DNA from: Vitrella brassicaformis CCMP3155
Lineage: Eukaryota > Protista > Chromerida
Length of the DNA stretch: 64,000 nt
Reading direction: 5' to 3'
Assembly: GCA_001179505.1 (NCBI GenBank)
Contig: CDMY01000219.1
Span: 99,155 to 163,154, forward strand
Shown piece by piece: positions 40,901-52,283 of the stretch (position 1 is its first letter; each line of letters opens with the position of its first letter). The notes beneath the pieces were generated by a model. It did not search any database and was not told the DNA's origin. It saw only the letters and a list, made by a program, of their open reading frames with translations. The position numbers and the translations under genes were made by a program.

Positions 40901-41814
40901 CCGCTGACAACACAAGAAACGCCAATGACAGACAGACAGACAGACAGACAGGTAGGTGACTTTTGCTGCATGCTGCGTGTCCACCCATCCCCCCACCCAC
41001 TCTTACTCCATCTCTGTTGACGTCCTTCATTGTGACGATGCGGTCGTCCCCCTCTGATCATGAAGGAAGCCATCCGACACACAATCACAATCAACACACA
41101 ATAGAGGCCTGTTTGCTGCCCACTCACTTTTCCCACACGAAGCTTTGCAGTCGCCTGCACTCACTCACCGCAACCAACACAACACAACACAACACACCAC
41201 ACCAGTGGATGGACCAGACGCATTGCTGCTGCTGTCACTCACTCATTGACCTCATGCACCGCACCCCCTCACCAGGCAGGAGGAAGCTGCACCCCACCCT
41301 GTCGATGAAGACTAGCGCGTCATCCGTCTCGGAAGACACCACCATCTGGCGCGGCTGGCTGCACAAACAGGTAGACACGCACGAGTCCGTCTGTCTGTCT
41401 GTCTGTCTATGTGTCTGTCTATGTGTCTGTCTGACTGTCTGACTCTGTGTGCCAGTGCTTGTCTGTCTGTCTGTCTAAGTGCGGTACGTACCGCAGGTCA
41501 TCTTCAGCGAGTATGCAAGCCCGGAACCCTTCAGGCAGCAGCGCGTCCCACACCTCAGCACATGCCGCAAACAGCCCCTCCCCACCATCACTGTCATCAC
41601 TGTCGTCCAAGTCCTTGGCTTCGGGAAAGGTGGTGATATTCGCCCTCGCCCTCGCCTTCGCCTTGATCTTCGGCCGCTTGGGCGCCTTGCTGTCCTGCTT
41701 GCCTTGTGTCTTCACAGAGGGTTGTTTCTTGCTCACGAGACCAAACAACTCCTCAAGCAATCCAGCGTGCACCGAGGCCAACATCATGACGAGAGGAAGG
41801 ATGAGCAGCAGCAT
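37964..41814 (-). CDS. Secreted glucose/sorbosone dehydrogenase-like (PQQ-type, AA12-like) beta-propeller with C-terminal PAN-like Cys modules; multi-exon
   Basis: Signal peptide MLLLILPLVMMLASVHA. Motifs: TRTLMVDDENRLYVSIGS, RAQVRRF, GLRNSVGLAFD, NPAEEMNLL, SFGYPRCW, LQAHASHVGIAF, AFLAQHGS and RPVSPVFDSEGRLYVSSD. These are followed by CADKC...CGGF...C and LEECTWAC...CVAIDY...CHIY. Confidence 0.8.
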
Positions 41815-42093
41815 CGTGTGTGTGGCTGTCTTCGCGGGTGGGTGGAGGAACAGCGGTTGCATGCGGGCGTTGAACCCGTGAATTTACATCCGGATCGCCA
41901 TTTGAGCTCGCGACCTGATCTCTCTCCCTGCTGTCTCCCCTTTGATCTCTCCGATCTTTCGTGTACACCGCGCCATTCAGAAGAGAATGGTGCGATTTCC
42001 CTGGCGCGCATCGCACTCGTCGCAGCTACACGAAGCGCCATTCTTGCACCGTCGTCTTGGCCATCACAGCTCATCAGAAGGGACCTGTTATCC

Positions 42094-42573
42094 ATGTCCT
42101 CAGCATCACTGGGTGAAGATCCCGCTCCCATCCCCGCGCCACCCCTCCCCCTCCCCTCTGTCCACATTCACCTGTCCAAGCCATCCGTTCGGAGGAACAA
42201 GGGAGCGCGTCGGTGCCCCGTGGGCGGCATCCTCTTCGGCTTTATCGTCATCTGCGCGCCGCTGGTGTTCGTAATCCTGTGTTCGGTGCTCTACCGGCCC
42301 CCTCGCATCTCGCCGGCGCCGCCCGCGGATTCTTCGACCCGCCGCCGGCTGCAGGCTATCGATCGTCCGAACGGGCCTTCGTTGAACGGAGGTGTGGGTG
42401 CGGCGTTCAGGTCGAGCGCCATGTCGCCTCGGACGCATCGCGTGGGTCGCGGCTCCCCGCAGAGGCGGCGGAGGCATAGGATCGGGTCATCGTTCAGGGC
42501 TTTCACTGCGCTTGACGACCCTGGGGAAGACAGCGGTGGGGTGGCTGGCCCGTCAAGTGGCTGGCTGACTTGA
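42094..42573 (+). CDS. Hypothetical single-TM protein
   Basis: Open frame with one strong TM (GGILFGFIVICAPLVFVILCSVLY) and an RRRLQ motif. It lies divergent from the dehydrogenase gene. Confidence 0.4.
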   Translation: MSSASLGEDPAPIPAPPLPLPSVHIHLSKPSVRRNKGARRCPVGGILFGFIVICAPLVFVILCSVLYRPPRISPAPPADSSTRRRLQAIDRPNGPSLNGGVGAAFRSSAMSPRTHRVGRGSPQRRRRHRIGSSFRAFTALDDPGEDSGGVAGPSSGWLT

Positions 42574-43258
42574 CTGTCCTGGGAAGGGGTACACTACATA
42601 CATGTGGGGAATTGCACGAGGGGCAGAGGGAGGGAGGGTGATTCGACCGAAGCATGGTCTGGTGGCTGGCTGGTCAACCAAGCGTGGTGGGTATGCGGGC
42701 AGTGCGCCCGCCGTGAGTGGCGGTGGGTGTTTGGCCTCAGGGGTGATGGGTGATTTGATGGTATGTGCGCCTGTCGATAGGATAGACCGACGGCATGCGA
42801 TGCGATATGGTCTGCCTGCCTGCAAGCTTACCTTCCTGCTCTTGCCCTGCGTGCCTTTGTCGCTGGTTTGGTGCACCGAGAGAGACAATTAGAGAGGGAC
42901 AGGCAGAGAGAGGGAGGGAGAAAGGGGCACATCTGTTGGTTCGGTGGTTCGTGTGGAGTAGTGCACTGCTGTGGCGGCATCCCATTCCCTGTGCTGGGTT
43001 TGTTCCGGGGGTGATACATACGATCGTCTGTCTGTGTTTGTATGCATCGCATCGAATTACTCAGCCGCTTCGCTGCTACGTGCACTCTTTGTCGATATCT
43101 CTGTGTGTAGACTGTGGATAGACAGAAAAAGCCATGCATCTGCTGGGGTGGGGGGGGGGTGAAGGCTCTCGTTTTTTTGGTCGTGTCTGTGCTGGTCGGC
43201 GAGTGGGTGCCCCAACAGACAGACAGAGTGTACAAGATACAGACAGACATGGTGTTGC

Positions 43259-43787
43259 TCAGCCTGAAGGAGTGAGTGAACAAACGAATCAATGAATCAA
43301 TACATCACACAAACACACATTCATCTGTTTCTCATCTGCTCTCTCATCCCTCCCTGCACCCACGTGTGTACCTTTGCTTTGGCCGCGTTGATCATGTTGA
43401 GTTGCGCCTGGAGCTTCTGAGCCACCCTGGACAGAGCCTTCAACGCGTCCTCGGGACCGACCTCAAACACACACACATATGGTAGGTGATACAACACACA
43501 AACACACGTCCATCTCGCTCCTTCCCACACCTCTGCCCTTTGTGTGCGGTCACACATACCTCCATGTCCACGTCAGGTGTCAGCGCCTTAGTCTTCTTGG
43601 CCCGCTTCTCGCCCTTCTTGCCCACGCCGTCCTTCCCGCCCTTGTCCTTGACGGTCTTGTTGCCCACGCGGCGAGCCTTGCGCTTCTTCCTGGCGCCCCG
43701 GGAGTCCCAGTCGCTGCACGAGTCGTTGCTGCTCTCACACGACGTGATCGGCTCATCCACTGCCTTGCGCTTCATCGGGCAGCACAT
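43259..43787 (-). CDS. Small Lys/Arg-rich hypothetical protein (3 exons, ~107 aa)
   Basis: MCCPMKRKAVDE...KKRKARRVGNKTVKDKGGKDGVGKKGEKRAKKTK splices to VGPEDALKALSRVAQKLQAQLNMINAAKAK and then G*, with GT-AG junctions. Confidence 0.55.
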
Positions 43788-44053
43788 CAGCCGCAGCAGA
43801 TGCAGCGGCTTGAATGGCGGCCTGGCGCTTCGGGCGGGCCGAAAAGGCGTTGGTCTCCGGAGACGAAAGAGAGAACAGAGTTCAGCAACCACGGCGAATC
43901 CAAGCGATGGATGGGCCACAGGGCATGATGTAAATCACCGGATCATGGCCGAGCCGAGATCTCCTTCTTTTTGTGCACCGGGTTAAGCTGAGGTTGTTTA
44001 TTCCCGCCGTGCCTTGCGGTCGGCAGATCTGCCACTCGCTCCCTTCCTCTCCC

Positions 44054-44311
44054 ATGGATGCAGGTGAGGGTGAGGACGACAATCGCATGACGGCCCGGCA
44101 GCTGGCCTTGCTTAAGGCTGCCGGCGGGCAGAAGCGCAAACCCATCATGGACGTCGACACCAGCAGCAGTGACGAGGAGGGCTCGGAGTATGGCAAGGGA
44201 GGGCGGCGGAGAAAGGCCGGCAAGAAGAGGCAGCGGGGGGATAAGAGGGGTAAGGGTAAGGCAATCTTCGTGCCACGCAAGTTTCTTTCGACAGAGACGA
44301 TGAATGAATGA
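44054..44311 (+). CDS. Possible small basic protein
   Basis: MDAGEGEDDNRMTARQLALLKAAGGQKRKPIMDVDTSSSDEEGSEYGKGGRRRKAGKKRQRGDKRGK. Potential internal splice donors make the structure uncertain. Confidence 0.35.
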   Translation: MDAGEGEDDNRMTARQLALLKAAGGQKRKPIMDVDTSSSDEEGSEYGKGGRRRKAGKKRQRGDKRGKGKAIFVPRKFLSTETMNE

Positions 44312-44404
44312 TCATGTAAATAGCGGTTCGTTCGTCAACCAACCATCAGCCATATGATATGCACACCCACCATCCCATCCTCGCATTCAAGTTCTATCAT
44401 TCAC

Positions 44405-46704
44405 TCACGTCCTCACGAAGCCACTCAACCTTCTCGCCAGCTCACCTTCCTTGTCCTGGTCCTCATGCGGCCACCGGCCCACCACTCTCCCCAGCAAGTC
44501 ATATGGGGGGTCCAGCACATCGGTGATATCCACTTCATAGAAGTCCCCCAGACGGCTGACGCTCTCCAGCCCCTCGTTGAGGTACACCATGCCGTCGATG
44601 TCGGGACACTGCCCATCGTGCCGCCCCTGCAGCACAGAGAAGTCGCTCTCGGGCACGAAGCCCTCCACCAACACCTGCATTGCATTCCGTGCAGACAGAC
44701 ACAAACAGGCAGGGGCGTGTGCGTGCGTGCGTGTCTTGGTATTGATGGGGTGGTGGCTTGACTGACTGACCTTGAGGCGCTTGCCGACCCACTTGCGTCG
44801 TTGGTAGTCTGCGAGCACCGACTGCTGTATGCTCGCCAGTGTCTCCTCCCTCCGCCGCTTGGTCGCCTCCTCGACCTGCCCCTCCATGTCATAGGCAGCG
44901 GAGCCCTCCTCGCGAGAAAACCTGTTGTGCCGACAGACAGAGAGAGAGAGGTGTGCATCAGTCTGTGTCGGTGTCTCTGTCTGTGAGGCTGGTGGGTGGT
45001 GTGTCACCTGAAGATGCCAACGTTGTCAAGCGGGTGCCTCTTGATGAACTCCGCGAGCTCATCGAAGTCATCCTCCGTCTCTCTAGGAAACCCCACCTGC
45101 ACAGACACGCATACAGCACCGACGCACCCATCTCAACCAGTCAATGAAAGAATCCATCCTCTCTCCCGCCCCACCTCTCCCTTCATCTCATCTCACCATC
45201 AGGCTGGTCCGCACAGACACATCGGGCACCTTGGCCCGCAGCTTCGTGAGCAGGCCCTCAATCTCACCCTTGGACGTCCTACGCCGCATACGGCGCAGCA
45301 CAGCGTCGCTGACGTGCTGCAGAGGCATGTCGAGGTAGCGGCACAGTCGCCTGTCGGATGCCATGAGCTCGATGAGCTCGTCGTCTATCTCGTCGGGATA
45401 GACATACAGGAGTCGCAGCCAGTAGTCGCCCGGCTCGGCGAGGAGAGTCCGCAGAAGGGGCACCAGGCCGCCCTTCTGCTGACGGCTGCTGCTGGTGCCG
45501 TTAGCCAGGGCTGCCTGGTGGGAGAGGGGGAACTCCTGTGAGAGGTTGAGGTCCTTGCCCCAGTCACCTGGACAGAGAGACACACACGCTCTCTCTCTCA
45601 TGCCAAACTGAGTGTCCACACGCGCATCTTGCATAAATACCGAGGTCTTGCGCAATCAGAATGATCTCTTTGACGCCATTCCGCCTCAACAGCCGGAACT
45701 CCTTGACAATCTGCTGCACGGACTTGCTCTGCAGGTCGCCCTTGATGGCCGGGATGATGCAGAACGCACACCGCTTCTTGCAGCCCTCGGCGATCTTCAG
45801 GTAGGCGAAGTGCTTCGGCGTCGTCTGCTGGCCTGCACAGAGACAATGACAAGGGGTGTATGTTTGATGTCTGTGCACCAAGGGTGGGAAGGACAGGGCG
45901 GCTTACGCGGGATGTCGCCGGCCTGGATGAATGACTTTGCAGTGAGTGCTTCGCCAGGGGTGGTGGAGCGGACGGCGGTGAGGATGTCCTCCACATTGCC
46001 GGCGCCGAGCATGTAGTCGATGTGCGGGGTCTCTTGGACGATCCTGTCCTTGTGCTCGTTGACCATGCAGCCCGTCACGATCACCTTGGCGCCATCCTTC
46101 TTGGCCTCCACCGCCTTGCCTATCTCATCGAGGCTTTCACGGCGAGCGGCCTCGAGGAAACCACACGTGTTGACGACGATGTGATCGGCCTCTGAGGCAG
46201 TCATAACGTAAAGGGCGTGTGTGGGTACGTGTGCTGTGGTGTGGTGTGCTCGGATGCGTTTGTTTGCGTCCCTTTTGTCACCTTGCATGTTGTCTGTGAC
46301 TTCGTAGCCGTTTTTTAAGAGGATACCTTAGGCAACACAACACAACACACGACCTAGCACCCACAATCACAGCCATCCACCCATCCTACCCAGCATCAAC
46401 TCAGAGTCAACCAGGTTCCGCGGGCAGCCCTGACCGCAGACACACACGTGAACAGAACACCGGATGATTGTCCCATCTTCTGTCGCACCAATGAGACGAA
46501 GTGGAGTCTGTTGCCGTGCTCAGGCACCACGAGCACGCCATCATCCCGTTGCTTCATTGTCAGGCCACTGCGTTGCACCCTGAACCTCCGCTGTAGCCAC
46601 GGCCTCGGAGGGACGCTGGTGTGACGGAAGGCATTCAGGGGCCTTGCAAGCTCCGCAAACATAACAATAAGCAGAACAATAAGAGAGAGCGTCCCGCCAG
46701 TCAT
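44405..46704 (-). CDS. rimO: Ribosomal protein uS12 methylthiotransferase RimO (radical SAM, MiaB family) with bipartite plastid-type leader; multi-exon
   Basis: HFVSLGCPRNLVDSE, VVNTCGFLEAARRES, VIVTGCM, AYLKIAEGCKKRCAFCIIP (CxxxCxxC), RLLYVYP, YLDMPLQH, GFPRETEDDF, and a TRAM domain with GQCPDIDG. The leader is MTGGTLSLIVLLIVMFAELARPLNAF followed by an Arg-rich transit region. Confidence 0.92.
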
Positions 46705-46845
46705 CCGCAGGCACCGGCCCGTCAGATCCGCACCCCTCCTGAACGCCCGAACCACCGACCTGCACACATACTCGCATTGCATTGCACTGGATGTCATCAC
46801 AGACAGCTCTTTTCTTCACCTGACCCATCTGACCTGTGTTGACTC

Positions 46846-46878
46846 CTCTGCTGCATCTGCTGCATCTGCTGCATCTGC
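46846..46878. repeat. Short 9-mer tandem repeat (CTGCATCTG)x3 upstream of rimO
   Basis: ctgctgcatctgctgcatctgctgcatctgccg. Confidence 0.8.
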
Positions 46879-47351
46879 CGCATGTTCATGATAACGTCAC
46901 GATGGCCTGCATCCCCTCCTGAGGCTCATGAGCGGCAGATCTTGACCACTCGCCACGATGAACACAAAAGATCTCGCCAGCCTCCAGCCATCCAACGATG
47001 TCAGCCCTCTGCTCGCCCACTTCTAAGCTCGCAATTGGTGGCGAGCAGGAGGGAGGTGAAGAGGAGAAAAGCTTTGGGAATGCTTCGTTGCTACGAGGCA
47101 TCGGGCCTCTCTTCTGGACTGAATTCAAATGGTATGGACTTGCCAGAGTCTGACCACTCGCGGGCGGCAAGAGTGACTGTGCTTTTCTGTGCTGCATGCA
47201 GGGCCCTGAGTGCGACTGAGTGAGTGGCGGCCGTCGACTGACCGACCAGGGCACAGGTGCGCCAGCAGCGTTAGAAGGAAGGGAATGATGCGGAGTGACT
47301 GTGTGCGTCTGTGTGTATCTGGGTGTGTATGCAGGTGTGTGACTCAGCGTA

Positions 47352-49093
47352 ATGGCCCAGCCGTCGTCTGCCGCATCGCAAGCACCACCTGCTATGCCGC
47401 CCGGGTGCTTGGGGCTCGATGACGTCGACATCGTGCCTGGTAGGGGCGTCACTGGTGTGACTCGGCAGCTGATGGAGGGCTGCATTCGGCGCACCTTCAC
47501 TTCACACACACAAGTCACACAGCTGATCCGTCAACGAGCCAACCCGAGAGCCACCGGCAGCCTGCGCGGCTATCTTCGTGTCCGCGACTTTTACACCCCA
47601 TGCTGGCGATACAGCTGTCTGGCTTACGCCATCGACAGCCCAACAAAGCGCCCATTCCTCTACGCGAGCGGCGCTGGTAACCAAAAGGTGCCCGTGCTGC
47701 TGCCGCAGTGGTCCTCCCGTCAGCTTCAGCGTGACGTCATCAACACACTCGTCGACGGCGGGGCGGACGTCAATGCGGCCGCCGGAGGGGAAGAGCGGCC
47801 CATCCAAATGGCCATTGCGGCGGGCAACCAGACGGCTGTGGATGCCCTCCTGGAGCGCCAGGCCAATGTGCGGGGATTTAGGGTGATGGAGTTTCCCCAC
47901 GTCTCTGATTATGCCCCTTCCGTCACTCGTGAGTACGAGGCGGCCCTCATGTCGGTGTACCGTCGCCTCATCCAGCACGACAGCACAGTCGCAGCCGAAC
48001 GGTTCGGTGGAGACAGTCTGGTCCATTTGGCGGCCATCGCCCCCTCCATCTTCTCCCAGCAATTCATCGACCAGTATCTGGACCTCATAACCAGCCACGG
48101 CGCCGACATGACGGCAACAGACCCCATCGGCTGGACGCCACTGCACATCGCGGCGTTTCATGGCTCTCCCTGTGTGGCTCGTTGGCTGTGCCGCCAGCTG
48201 ACAGCCGACGACGTCAACAGAGGGAGGTCAAACCAGGCCAACCTGACACCCCTCGCAGAGGCTGCCGAGGAGCTCGATCAGCAGCAGCAGGGAGAGGAGC
48301 AACATGGAGAGGAGCTGGGCGAGGGGCGCTCAAGACACATCCGCAACTACAAGGCCACCATCGGTGTGCTGCTGCGGGGCGGGGCGGGGCGGCCCCATCC
48401 ATCGCCCGCATGCCCACAGCCACTGAGGAGGAGCGCCGTCATCGCCAGCTGGTGCTGGCCGAGTATGCGACAGTGCTGAGTGAGCTGTCCGAGGCCGTCA
48501 TGTCGGCCATCAACAGCGCCCTCGCCCCCCAGCGCGACCACTCGATGCTTCTCGCCCGTCTGCTGCCCCTCGCCCCCCACCACGACGGCGCCCACCCCCA
48601 TGCCTCCCCATCCAACATGGCATTCGGACCACACGAGGCAGAGGCCATCGGCTGGAAGATCGGCGCCTTCCTGCACGAGCCCCCCGCTGCTGTGGCCGCC
48701 ATCGACCAGTACCTCATCGGTGAGTCGGTACTGAGGAGCCGCGTCCGTGCGGCCGTCGCCCACTTCGTCAAGTCGGCGGCCACTCAGACGAGCAGCAACA
48801 GGGAGGTGGTGGGCGGGACGAGGCACGAGCAGCAGGGCGACAAGCGCGTCAAGGTGACCGTGCCGCCCCTGCAGTGCTTTGCCGTCCGCGGCAGTGGCGG
48901 GCAGGTGAAGCTGATGGGTGTGCGTGAGGTGGTGCACCGGGCCCGGCTGGACGAGGCGACCACCCATGGTGTGGCTGGGGTGGTCAAGGGCTTCAACGAG
49001 CATCTGGGCGACCAGGATTGCCAATTTTCATGGCAGCAGCTCGGCCGCATCGACAGGGGGATCGGGCTGTTTGTGCCGTTGGGCATCAACTGA
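47352..49093 (+). pseudogene. Intronless ankyrin-repeat gene of a lineage-expanded family, interrupted by one frameshift at ~48376-48390
   Basis: Ankyrin repeats: LVDGGADVNA...RPIQMAIAAGNQTAVDALLERQANV and GADMTATDPIGWTPLHIAAFHG. The coding sense continues in ORF 48182..49093 (AAPSIARMPTATEEE...) only if one GGGGC unit is removed. Confidence 0.75.
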
Positions 49094-49488
49094 CTGAGAG
49101 GGCGGTGGGGGCAATAGGGTGAGTTGTACATTTTCAAAGACAGTTTTGTTTGCTTCCATGATTGCCCGTTTGTGCGCCGTGCGTGGTGACTCGACTCACT
49201 CATCCGTCGGTCAACACACATTTCGTACTCACAGCATTTACGTTGATGAATGAATGGATGGATGCAGTGAGTGCCATACCATCCGCCACGCCGAAGGAAG
49301 AAGTGTACAAACAACACACAGTCACCGCACCGGAAGTGCACTCCCTCACTCCCTCCCCTCTGGGCTCGGCTCATCCCCCCATCAAAAACATGACGACAAG
49401 ACTGGCTTGACAAACACAAACGAACATTCCTTCACCAAAGCCGCTCACACCACACACACCACACCCATCACGGTAGGTATCTATCTGG

Positions 49489-50418
49489 TCAGCTGGCCCC
49501 GAGCAGCCTCAGCGCCTCCTTCAGATTCTCAATCGCCGTCGGCACGTCACGGAACGACAACGCTGCACACACACACATCATGCGAAAAACATACATTCAC
49601 ACGCGCACCATCCCTCGCCCCCCAAGTCATTGCTCACCACTGGCAGCGTACTGGGCCTTCTTCTGTGCGTCCTGCATAGCCTTGGCAGACAGGTGCCCCG
49701 CCGGGCCGGTGGCAGCAGGGACTGCCGGTGCCGACACATTGCTCGAGTCGCTGGGAGGGGGCAGCGGCGCAGATGCGGGCGGCACCACCGACGGCTCGCT
49801 GGTCGATGAGGGGGGGCTGATGCTGGAGGGGGCGGGGGGGAAGGAGGGGGACGCCTGCTGCTGAGTTGGCGGTGGTTGCTGCGGCATGGCTGGTGGTGGT
49901 AGTGGGTGTGTGGGCGCCCCCGGCATGTGTTGGTCGTCTGCCTGCTCCATCGGCGGGCCTGGGTCGGGTGTGCGGCCCTCGGCGAGGCACTTGCGGATGT
50001 AAGTCGCCTTGTACTTGGCATAACGCCTGCAGCCCAGCCCAACGAACACTTAACGATGGAAGCGATGCATCCTTTGGATCCATTTCTACCGTTTTTCTTC
50101 CAGGTCGGGAGCCAGCTCGCCGAACTGTGTGAGGACGTCCAAGAAGAGGACGGCCACTGTGAACTTGCGGACGGTGTTGTCTGTGATCGGACCGCGACGA
50201 TCCTCGCCGTCGGCAGCCTCAAACACACCTGGACATGCACACAGGCAGCAGATAGATAGGCAGACAGCCACGCGCGTGTGTGCGTGGGTGGTGTGTGTGT
50301 ACCGATTGCGAATGTTTCCATCTCTCGTTGTCCGTTAGAAGTGTCGATGCGCGGCTTGAGCTTCTCGGCCGCCTCTATCTCCTGCAGCAACATATTCGTT
50401 AACTCTGCACAAGGGCAA

Positions 50419-50450
<32 letters not shown>

Positions 50451-50851
50451 ACAGACAGACGGTAGCATTTTCGACAGCTCGCTCCCCCTGTGGCATCGTC
50501 ACCCACCTCGTTTGTCGCCCTGTGCCTTCCTGAGTTTGCCGAGCTGATCCGCCACATACAGATGGCAATAGAAGGACACTGAGAGCAGGCAAGAACAGCC
50601 ACACACACAAACAGCGGTGCATTGACCTGTTACCCTTCAGTCGTTTCCATCGCCTCTTACCGAGAGGAGCATGCTGCACACACACACAACAGAACACGAT
50701 GCACACACGGCACACCAAGAGATGAGGCTGGTGGTCATTCAGCGGCGGTTCGCCTGTTGCGTCTGTGTGAGTGTGTGTGTACCTGCACGAGCTCCTTGGC
50801 CCTGTTGACGTACGGCAGCAGATGCTTCGCCTCTGGCGGCACAGACGACAT
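49489..50851 (-). CDS. VTA1: Vta1/LIP5 homologue (Vps4 activator, ESCRT); multi-exon
   Basis: N-terminal MIT region (LPYVNRAKEL...FYCHLYVADQL; VFEAADGEDR...RKFTVAVLFLDVLTQFGEL...RRYAKYKATYIRKCLAEGRTP), a Pro-rich linker, and a C-terminal VSL (AMQDAQKKAQYAASALSFRDVPTAIENLKEALRLL). Confidence 0.9.
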
Positions 50852-51197
50852 CCGGGGCAGCGAAAATCGACACCAATGTCCAGATCACGGCGATGTACAC
50901 GCCCTAGGGACGAGGACACCTAACTCGTCAGATCCGAACGAGCTTGGAAAATGGGTTGGGTTTCGCGCCGAATCTGCCTTACCGCACCAGCCTTTGTCCA
51001 TATCCTGTTTCTGCCATACAGGGCATTTTAGTGACGTTCCGACATCAGCAGATCCCTTTCAGCTGTCAGCCGTGTCCGATCTCTCCATTTGCTGACCGGA
51101 GAGCCGCTCCCTTTGCTGCTGCTGAGCCTCTCCGATCTCCTCTGCCTTGCTCGCCACTCGACTCGCAGCTCTCTGTGGCAGCGGCAGCTCCTCCAGC

Positions 51198-51760
51198 ATG
51201 CTTGGCTTGTGGCTTCTCGCCCTGACATTCGCCCTGGTGCTGTGCTTCCCGACGGTTGACGCCGTCAGCTTGAAGCAGGTCAGTCCGGGCCCATTGCATA
51301 GCCTCAGGTCTTGTCTACTCGAGTCACCAGCTGTGTGTTGTTCTCTCCATGATGTTCTCTCTCTCTCTCTGTGTGTGTGTGCGTGTGTGTGTTGTGGATT
51401 GCTTGCAGCACGTGCACAGCGATGGCGGCGCCTCGTTCGTCAACGCGCCGCTGGTTCGCAGCATGACTGCCCCTTCCCGTCCTCCCCTTCCAAACACACA
51501 TCGTGGCACCGGGCCACCTCCGCTCGCAGCTTTCCGCTCTGGGATGCCATCCTCCGCCCCGGTGCTCTGCCGAGTGTTCAAGCCGGATGGCGAAAATGTC
51601 GGTAGCCTGGTGCCGGTCCCGGTGACCGCGTCGACGACGCTGGAGCAGTTAGAGGATAGGGCGCAGCAGCTATACATAGGCAAGGGCAAAGTGGGAAACG
51701 ATACCTACTTGGAGCTGGATGTCAGAACTACAAACAAGTATCTCGCTGGTCAGTCAGCGG

Positions 51761-51791
<31 letters not shown>

Positions 51792-51831
51792 GAAGGAACA
51801 AGCGCATGTATCACAGACTAGGTATCACACA

Positions 51832-51867
<36 letters not shown>

Positions 51868-52227
51868 TGTGTGTCTGTGTACTTCGTGTGGACGGCGTCA
51901 CCGCCGCATTGCTCCATCCATCAGGCCGTAAGACCATCCCCTCTCCGCTTTCTCTTGTCAAGGACGTGTTCAACCAAGGTGAGTCGTCACACACACAGGA
52001 GGCAATCAACGAAAACATCACGCCGACAAGCATTCGTTCGTTCGTGTGTTTGTGTGCCATCCATCCATCCATCCATCGTCCATTCAGGTGAGGGAACTAC
52101 AGAGAACCCGATACGGTTCATCATCAAGCCCAAGCCGGGTAGCCGCGACAGTGTCAGGGAGGAAGTCAGGCAGCTGCGTGCACTCCTTCGACTGAACCCT
52201 TTCTTCACGCCCATCGTCCCTCCCTGA
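51198..52227 (+). CDS. Hypothetical secreted/targeted protein; multi-exon
   Basis: Signal peptide MLGLWLLALTFALVLCFPTVDA. Exons continue with VLCRVFKPDGENVGSLVPVPVTASTTLEQLEDRAQQLY and GTTENPIRFIIKPKP...PIVPP*. Confidence 0.55.
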
Positions 52228-52283
52228 CGCTCTTCCCACGCGAGCAACTCATTCCTCAGCCTCCTGTATGCCCTCTACGTCAG

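Noticed and set aside
37964-46704. Bacterial contamination as the source of the dehydrogenase and rimO
   Set aside because: Both genes carry multiple host-style GT-AG microsatellite introns and eukaryotic targeting leaders.
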